This document shows positions 54,728-64,000 of a stretch of DNA of 64,000 bases, piece by piece (position 1 is the stretch's first letter; each line of letters begins with the position of its first letter). The translations under genes and the position numbers were made by a program. The stretch lies in contig OZ024740.1 in the NCBI GenBank assembly GCA_964016885.1, forward strand, positions 110,422,001 to 110,486,000, written 5' to 3'. The DNA is from Eledone cirrhosa (taxonomy: Eukaryota). The notes beneath the pieces were generated by a model, which was given only the letters and a program-made list of their open reading frames with translations, had not been told where the DNA came from and searched no databases.

Positions 54728-57360
54728 CTTTAGATTTGTTGGTTCACCACTGGATAGAACTGGTCATTCCGTATGGTCAATCCTGGTGTAATATTGTGAA
54801 GAGTACTCAACGCACTGCAGTTCACCCATCTTCGTTTGTGTAGTTGGTGGTGCGAATACGGAGTTAATTATAAATGAAATAACAGGAGGCTGGACTGGTG
54901 TAAATCCTTGAAAGGTTTATTATACTATGATCATTTCAAATGACTGGGTTCCATATGAATCCGGTGATATCATCAGGTATTGGAATATAACAAAGAAATA
55001 TGTAAAAAGCCATGGGTTCGAAAAATCAGAGACAGAGAGGACGGCTGACCGACTAGCCCCTCAGCCAGCCGCCCTTAAAGTGTTGGCAACTGAAAAACTA
55101 CCAATGAATATCTGGTGAGGGGGCGAAGGCTTACAATGCGCTACCACCACTCCATCAAAGAAGAAGGGGAAGAAAGAAAGAAAGGGAGAAAGAAGTGTAG
55201 TGTAAGGGTCAAACTACATTCATGCTAGAAAATGCCGTGAAAAATGCTACCCAAAGAATCTATAATGGGTGTCTGTATGGTCCAATGTGTGAACCGAAGA
55301 TTGGAACGTTAAATTTATGTTACGAGTTATAGGATGAAATTAAATTAAAAATATTAAACTGCAAAATGGTAAATTGAAAAATAGAGGTAGCGAGATTTAT
55401 TTATTTAATGAAATTACGGAGAGAGTCTTATATGAAACAATTTTTTAGATATTAGGATGAGATATAGAGTAAAGATTTCGATTGGGAGTCCCAGCCAGCA
55501 CACCCACCACCATGAGTCAGACAGTCTCGAATGGTATCGTCCAGCGAAAGAAATGGAAATTAATTTTTCCGAGTACTCTAGGAACGTAGCTAACTTTGGC
55601 CCCGGGATCGCTAGCGGGAACTCCACAATTTCGACAGGCCATCGTCTATACCACAAATACTATTAAATCACACATTAGGGGTTTATTTACGTGTCAGTGG
55701 AGGCATGACACAGCTAATAGTCATGCCCAAACCTGGTGTTTGTACAAGTATAATGTGGCGGCCAAAACAGGCGGCGCGGTGGGACCGGCAAAGCCGAGTA
55801 ATTTCATTTACCGAAAAGGAGAAATTTATTTTTCCGAGCACTCAAGGAAGGCTGAACTTTCTGTGGCTTTCCTAGAACTATTAGTAATATTTTGGGTCGA
55901 CTTCTGGTCATTATTGAAAGTCTCTGGATTTCGCAAAATACATAATATTTTTTTTATTGGAGAAGGTATTTTTCCGCAAAAATTTGATTGCACTGTTTTG
56001 TTTCCACTTGTGTATTTTTTGAAAATGTTATCAATTCATTATAAAAATTAAATGATAGCATTCTATAAATAGGTGGTCCTCCTTCATCTCCTGGCAACCA
56101 ATATTTTTAGATCCAGTCTGCCACTGTTTATAAGATAAATTTGGCTACTCACGTGATCTCATGTTTATCATAGCTCTGCACTAAAATGTGCTTAAGAAAA
56201 AATTATTACGAATATTTAAAATATCCGACGAAGTATTCTAGGGTAACATTTAAATATAATAGTTATGCCATAACAACATTTAATAAATTAAGCTACCTCT
56301 ATCGAGGACCAATTACCTGGACTCATTTTGTGTGCAAAGATCCAACTCTTCCTGGCTCAAAAGATGTATAAACTATATATTAAAAAGATGTTGTTGAGTA
56401 ATCAACAAACCTGTTTCTGGTAAAAACCTACTATTTTTAGTAACATTAAAATGATATTTCAAAATTTGTAAATAAAATATAAAATGACTTTTGCATAAAG
56501 TGTTCCTTTTACAGGCCGACATGAGAAGGGTAATAGTTTTTTACTGCCATCAATAGCTTGATTTGCACACTCTCAGTAATGAACAACTTCATTCCATTCC
56601 TTAGAACGTTTTATTCTCTTCTTTCCCTTTTTTTTCTTTTATACACTTTTCTAATATTCTAAATTATACACAGCATTTGAAATAAATAAGAAAAAAGTAT
56701 CCACAACATTTCTTTTGTTCTCATCTTTCCTTAGCACATTACCACACCCCAGCTCACAGAACTGGGAGTTTTCTTGATCTACTGCTAGTTGCGGTAGACG
56801 TCAGCCAAGATCGTACTGAAGAAGTCTGGCATATACTGGTAAAACTCGCACTGCAGACCAACTAGCCCGAGCACTCTGCGTCCTGCAGACACGCTAATCA
56901 CTACTCGTATCTCATGTGCCGTTATCACACTTGCAGCATTTTGCATTTCTCATCGAGAGTCAGGGCAGGCCATCGAGGTAGGCACTAAATTCCACCATTG
57001 TCCCTAAACCGAGTCTCATATCGAACCGTTGAGCAAAATTCTGCTGGAAGACTGCGAACATTTGCCTAGAGTCAAACAGCTCCTAAACATCCAGGTACGT
57101 GAAAGAACGAATTGTGTCTTTATGTCGTTCATTCCTTCGTGTTTAGGGGTATTTGTTTTAGTTCTGACCACGCAGACTTCGTGTTTCGCATTAAATAAAT
57201 TGTCACGGGGTATTAGCACGTTCCATATTTAAATAACAGAACAAAGTGGGTAGTGCAGTAATACATAAACTATATCAATGAAAAAGATGTGATAGTCAAG
57301 GCCGGAAAAGTATTCTAAAGACATGACAGATCAGAGACTAAACTACAACAAAAATATGAA

Positions 57361-57551
57361 ATAATTGTTTCTACTTTTGGCACATGGCCAGCAATTACCC
57401 AGTGTATTACTGGTACTTTATTTTATCGACCCCGCAAGGATGTTAAAGGCAAAGTTAACCTCGTCGGGATTCGAACTCAGAACGCAAAGGGCCATAACTC
57501 TATGCTACAAAGCACGGTGTCCAACGCTCTACCGATTCTGCCAATCCACCA
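57361..57551 (-). mobile_element. Dominant tRNA-derived SINE copy
   Basis: Same motifs as 44278-44473. Confidence 0.88.
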
Positions 57552-58367
57552 AAAATATGAAATAGTGCAGTAAATAAAATCTCAACGGAATTTTAATACG
57601 TAATATAAATAGCCGGAACAAATCTTGCCCGATATTTTGTCGGACGTTGTAACGATAACACTGGTCCACCTCTCTGGAAAATACCTTAATGTGAACAAAA
57701 TAATAGATCAAGGTTTCGAATCTTAGCAATATTGATTTTTACTTTCAGCATTCGAAGTTCGTTATAAATACTAGTGAAATACCAGTACCTATAAAATAAA
57801 CTACGACCAATCACAGCCAAGTCTGATGATGTCTGTCTGTCTGTCTGTATGTATGTATGTATGTATGTATGTGTATGTATGTATGTATGTATGTGTGTTT
57901 GTATACATATGTGTGTATAAATATATGTACATAAATATACATACATATATATGTGTGTATATATGTATATATATATATATGTATATATATGTGTGTGGGT
58001 GTGAGTGTATGTTTGAGTATGCATGTGGATGTATGTATATATGTATATATGTATGTATGCGTGTGTCGAGGTTGCCACGACAATGCATTAACACACCACC
58101 ACCCTCACCACCACCACTACCCTCATCAACACCACCAACCTCAGCACCACCACCACCACCCTCACCACCACCACGACGACCACAACCACCACGACGACGA
58201 CCACCACCACCACCACCACCATGCCAACCATTACAGTCATCACCTTCAGTATACGTGTCCTCCGCATCACTTTCGTACATCTAAAACCCTTCTTTTTCAA
58301 TAATAAAAAAAATGGTTGTCCCATGACATTATATTTAATAGAATTTCCGGGCCGGGATGAAGTGAGG

Positions 58368-58398
<31 letters not shown>

Positions 58399-58416
58399 CA
58401 CACACACACACACATA

Positions 58417-58587
<171 letters not shown>

Positions 58588-58642
58588 GCATATATATATA
58601 TATATATATATATACATACATATATATATACATACATACATT

Positions 58643-58677
<35 letters not shown>

Positions 58678-58794
58678 GTATGTATATGTATATATATATG
58701 TATATATATATGTATATATATATATATACATATATATACACACATATATATATATATATATATATATGTACATATATATATACATACATACATT

Positions 58795-58826
<32 letters not shown>

Positions 58827-59039
58827 CATACATACATACATACATTTATATATATATACATATATACATATATATATATATCTATGTATGTATACATATA
58901 TGTATATATGTATATATATATACATATATATATATATGTATGTATGTATATATGTATGTATATATGTATATATATATATATTTAATTGTAACATACATAG
59001 AGCACTCTTCATTCCTCTGACTTTTTCAACGGAAACTTC

Positions 59040-59145
<106 letters not shown>

Positions 59146-59330
59146 GATGAGACATAAGAAGAGAAAAGACGACAAGGAAGAGTCTAAAAGTTTTTCATTC
59201 CGGAAATGTGTCTATATGCACTGACAAGCGATGCATACCCCCTGCACGTGCTTACATGCATAGAAGTACCTACATTTACATATATATAAATACATACATT
59301 TACATACATATTATTGCATCTTTAAATATA

Positions 59331-59407
<77 letters not shown>

Positions 59408-59483
59408 GCATATATATATATGTGCATATGCAAAATGCACATTAACATGTTTATTACAGATAACAATAAGCATATAAATGTGC

Positions 59484-59570
<87 letters not shown>

Positions 59571-59812
59571 AACATGATTGCGTTAAATATGTTACAAGTA
59601 TCATATACAATGCATGTTTGAATATACAGACGTTCAATATAGCGGTGCATAATAGATACAAATATATGCATAGACATCGAAATTGGCTTAAATATATTAA
59701 TACTCACACACACACATATATATGTACATGTTTATGCTTCTGTGTATGCATATGCATACGTGTATGTAAAGGTATACATATATATATTTATCTGTGTACG
59801 TATATATATGAT

Positions 59813-59927
<115 letters not shown>

Positions 59928-60184
59928 GGTCTGCAGTTCTGAGACCGAGGAGATCCCTATTTATGTGAGTACTCGATACATGGGGAAATGTAGAGTGGAT
60001 ATTTATAGAGTTATGTCAAATCTCAACTGTGGCGCCACGATCGGGATTTTACATATCTCTATAATTATATATATTTTCCTTTTTCTTTTTTCTTTTCACT
60101 TCTTAAACCTTGTTTGTATATAACATTATTCTTTCTGCACCTTCTGTTTAACATGTGCGACACCACACTAATACATTTCACTAT

Positions 60185-60222
60185 CATTTGATAATGCATA
60201 TAAATGCAGAAACCGGTAATAG
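60185..60222 (+). ncRNA. Degenerate hammerhead motif
   Basis: TTGATAA (two core changes) tgcat ataa atgca GAAA ccgg TA atag; stems II and III intact. Confidence 0.4.
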
Positions 60223-60414
60223 ACAATAATTAAATATATAAATAGATAAATAAATGCCATTGTTAAATAATAAATAAATCAACTAATACCTTAACACTTC
60301 ACACAAAGTAAAACATTTCGTTTTAATCATTTTCTAACCCAGAAAAAGAGAGAAAAAGAGAGACACAAAAAAAAGGAAACTTTTTCTTCCTCATAATGGT
60401 CTCTTGCTCCCTGT

Positions 60415-60452
<38 letters not shown>

Positions 60453-60659
60453 TAATTGAATATAAAAGAGAGATAAACACAGATATATACATATATGTCC
60501 TCAAATCATAGGGGACCAGATTCGCTAGGGTGAAAAAGATACTAACTATCGACAATATGGTTTGCCAGATTCAATTTAAGAATAAATCAAGAAAATAAAT
60601 ACAAACCTGTATTGTGGTAACTACCAGACACCCAGACAACGTTTGGTGATGCTGTTTCG

Positions 60660-60721
<62 letters not shown>

Positions 60722-60887
60722 ATACTTTGTGAGGGGCATATTGTTGTAATAATATTGCCAGAAATAATAACAGAACACACTCACCGTCATATATATATAT
60801 ATATTATATGATTGATAACGAACCATGCGCGAATGCCGCAGAATACCACGTTGATGGAATGTGGTAAATATAAGAAGGAATTAGGAG

Positions 60888-60909
<22 letters not shown>

Positions 60910-60927
<18 letters not shown>

Positions 60928-62200
60928 TAAGAACAAAAGATGGTTAAAGGAGTTCCATGTATTTTATTATGCGCATTTCAAAAACAAATATCATCATGCA
61001 ATAATATTTGTGTTTTCATCAGATAAAACAGAAGGACATGATATTAAGGTTAAAAAACACTTGTGGATAGTTCAGTTTTAAATCAACATATGAGAAGTAG
61101 TTTTAGATTGATGTGTGATATTGGGAAAAATATTTTATTTAGAGGGGGGGGGGTGAAAAAAGAAGGAGATGAGAGTGAAGGTAGAGATTAGGAGTATAGT
61201 GAGGAAGGATGAGATAGGAGGAGAGATGGGTGATAGAGAGAGAGAGATAGTTTTTATAACTGAGAAAGATATATTGTTTTACATAGAGAGGTTGAAAACC
61301 GTTGGAAGATAATGTATAAATTAAAAGAATTTGAAAATTAACGAAGAGAAAAATATGTGCGAAGAAAAAGAAGGAGTTAATATGTATTGAGAATAATGAG
61401 TTAGATGATAGGGAGAAAAGAATAATGAATTGAGGATGAATATTCTAACGTCAAAAAAAAAATGTATATGTTTACGAAGGATTTTTACAAGGTGATATAG
61501 AGTAAGAATGTGTTGTATTATGTAATAATTGATTCTATATTAGGCAAGAGTGAGAAAGGGTACATATTAGGGGTTAGATATTAGAAGAGAAGAAAAGGAA
61601 GTGATAAATATGGGTGATGTAGAAAGAGTAAACAAGTATTATAGAATTTGAAAATTAACGAAGAGAAAAATAATGTAAAGTTAAGGTTTGTATATTGAAG
61701 GATTTGAGAAAAATAATGTAAAGTTAAGGTTTGTATATTGAAGGATTTGATAATATGTGCGAAGAAAAAGAAAATGTTAATATGTATTGAGAATAATGAG
61801 TTAGATGATAGGGAGAAAAGAATAATGAATTGATGATGAATAATCTAGCGTAAAAAAAAATGTATATGTTTACGAAGGATTTTTACAAGGTGATATAGAG
61901 TAAGAGTAATGAGTAAACAAGTATTATAGAATGTATAATAACCTTTGAAATAAGGTAGAAAGATGGGTATATTTTTAAAAGAAGTGTATATATATGTGCC
62001 TTTGAGAAAAAGATTCTAAATTGATAAAGAATTGAATATTAGCTGTATACTTTGTGAAATGTTTTATGGAATTTATGCAAGCCGATAGAAAACAAGTCAG
62101 TGCGTCTATTTATTATAGAATCTAGATTAGAGATAATGGTAAATTTTTCATTTAGACAGAGATTGCAGATTTTAGATAGAGAACTGTTCAAGAGGACGCA
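60910..62200 (-). mobile_element. Degraded PLE 3' portion: endonuclease C-terminus, pyrimidine-rich 3'UTR, hammerhead, (TA)n
   Basis: Minus frame KICNLCLNEKFTII...INRRTDLFSI.LHK at about 62070-62175 resembles a PLE C-terminal CxLCLxEK...NxRxE...H motif. Internal duplication 61353-61507 vs 61753-61905. Hammerhead on the same strand. Confidence 0.6.
60962..61028 (-). ncRNA. Minimal type I hammerhead ribozyme motif
   Basis: ttttat CTGATGA aaacacaaatatta...tgatatttgttttt GAAA tgcgca TA ataaaa. Confidence 0.75.
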
Positions 62201-62345
62201 GAAGAAACCTTCTTCCAAAATACATGGAACTCCTTTAACCATCTTTTGTTCTTATATATTATGTATACTCCAGTCCTACAAACTGTAGAGTGCTTCTTAT
62301 CCGATATCTGCATTGCTTTATTGTACTACAATAAAACTCACCTCT

Positions 62346-62380
<35 letters not shown>

Positions 62381-62382
<2 letters not shown>

Positions 62383-63463
62383 TGAAGTTTCCGTTGAAAA
62401 TTGAAAAAGTCATAGGAATGAAGAGTGCTCTATGTAAGTACCAGAGCAAAATTTAATGTATAATAAACAATACAATATAATTACCTCATTACCAGAGGTT
62501 TCCCGAATAAGACGAATACGAAAAACGTCCTCATTCGTTCGTCGGACAAGGCAATTTAAAACATAGTGAAATTTTGAAAAGTCTCCTCAAGAAATGCAAG
62601 AGTTTAACGGGCAAAAAATATATAAATAAAAGTAATGCAAGAAATATATAAAAAAATAAGGAAATATAGTTAGGGTATGTGTATATGTATGTATATACAC
62701 TCACAAATGTACATATGTGTGTATGTACAAATGCATGTGTATGGTGAAAATGTGTTCGTAAGTACATATATGAGGGCAAGTATATTTGTGTATATGTGAC
62801 CACAAATACGTATATAATATGAGTTGAAAGATATAATATGAATTGAAAGATATAATATGAATTGTAAGATAATATAGTTAACACGCATCCAGATACAGGT
62901 ATTACATACACATACGAGTATGAAAGCACGCGTATAAACACACACACACGCGCGGTCACTTATATGCGGAAGATAAAGAGGGAAGGGAGTGTAATTGTAA
63001 AAAGAAGTGTCATTCTCGATATATGATATAAAAATAAAACAATATATGAGAATGAAAAAAATGTTTCAATCAAAGAGAAAGTAATCAATTAACACTAGAA
63101 AAAAGAAAACAAACATAGGTACGCACGTACACACGCACATATACATATATGTACTTACGCACACATTTTCACCATACACATGCATTTGTACATACACACA
63201 TATGTACATTTGTGAGTGTATATACATACATATACACATACCCTAGCTATATTTCCTTATTTTTTTATATATCTCTTGCATTACTTTTATTTATATATTT
63301 TTTGCCCGTTAAACCCTTGCCTTTCTTGAGGAAACTTTTCTAATATTTCACTATGTTTTAAATTGCCTTGTCCGACGAACGAATGAGGACGCTTTTCGTA
63401 TTCGTCTGATTCGGGAAACCTCTGGTAATGAGGTAATTATATTGTATTGTTTATTATACATTA
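62381..63463. mobile_element. (TA)n-flanked fold-back element: ~320-bp arms, ~370-bp spacer, unpaired tail
   Basis: Arms 62454-62772 and 63144-63463; tail 62381-62453 is also seen inverted at 58981-59041. Confidence 0.88.
63366..63433 (+). ncRNA. Hammerhead motif with U4C core variant (mirror at about 62484-62551 on minus)
   Basis: ccttgt CCGACGA acgaat...attcgg GAAA cctctgg TA atgagg. Confidence 0.55.
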
Positions 63464-63629
63464 TATTATATATATATGTATATATGTATATATATATATA
63501 TATATAAACGGAAAAAATGAAACGAAATTTCATTTCCCACTCTAAGTACGGCTGTTACTTAAATATATGTATATATATATATACATACCACTGTACGTCT
63601 GTATACATATATGTATGTACATATACATA

Positions 63630-63683
<54 letters not shown>

Positions 63684-63840
63684 GATTTAATGCTCTGAAA
63701 TAGCGATATATATGTGAAGACAAACATAGAATATTCGAAAATATTCTGTATGTTTATAATAAACATTTTGAAGACCCAATCGCTATAGAATAGAATACGT
63801 CACGTATTACAATTTGAGATTCTCGATAAAAGCAAGGGAA

Positions 63841-63883
63841 GTAACCTACGCGTTTCATTCTTATTAGAAATCATCAGGATTAC
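63841..63883 (-). ncRNA. Minimal type I hammerhead ribozyme motif
   Basis: gtaatc CTGATGA tttct aata agaat GAAA cgcg TA ggttac; intact core, 6-bp stem I, palindromic stem III. Confidence 0.8.
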
Positions 63884-64000
63884 ATATCCAATGCTTTTAT
63901 CGAGAACGACACAGCTAGAGACTTATAGAATACTTAGCTGTGTACAGGAACTGGTTTGAAAGAGCGGTAGCCGGTCCGGCAGAAATTAGAATTTGGATTT

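Overview
Repeat-saturated eukaryotic DNA with no supportable host gene. The microsatellite load and tRNA-derived SINEs suggest a coleoid cephalopod such as Octopus (inference). Main content: (1) 3.66-14.06 kb, three head-to-tail, mutually diverged Tx1-clade non-LTR retrotransposons, each ending AATAAA-(TATC)n, with copies 2 and 3 starting directly in the previous copy's (TATC)n. This suggests a (GATA)n-targeting family that stacks on itself. (2) A 7-kb 22-bp minisatellite with higher-order duplications. (3) A 3-kb near-perfect palindrome made of a 5'-truncated Penelope-like element (PLE; RT thumb plus GIY-YIG), nested in a hAT-type element. (4) Many short elements abutting (TA)n tracts that share a (TA)n / arm / inverted arm / unpaired tail architecture, plus about 16 distinct type I hammerhead-ribozyme motifs (intact or degenerate) read by eye between 30.4 and 63.9 kb. 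(5) A Helitron whose empty site is visible in the window, mariner MITEs, more than a dozen SINEs, and RTE and Tx1 remnants. Most ORFs in the supplied track are microsatellite translation artefacts. All folds and alignments were done by eye.
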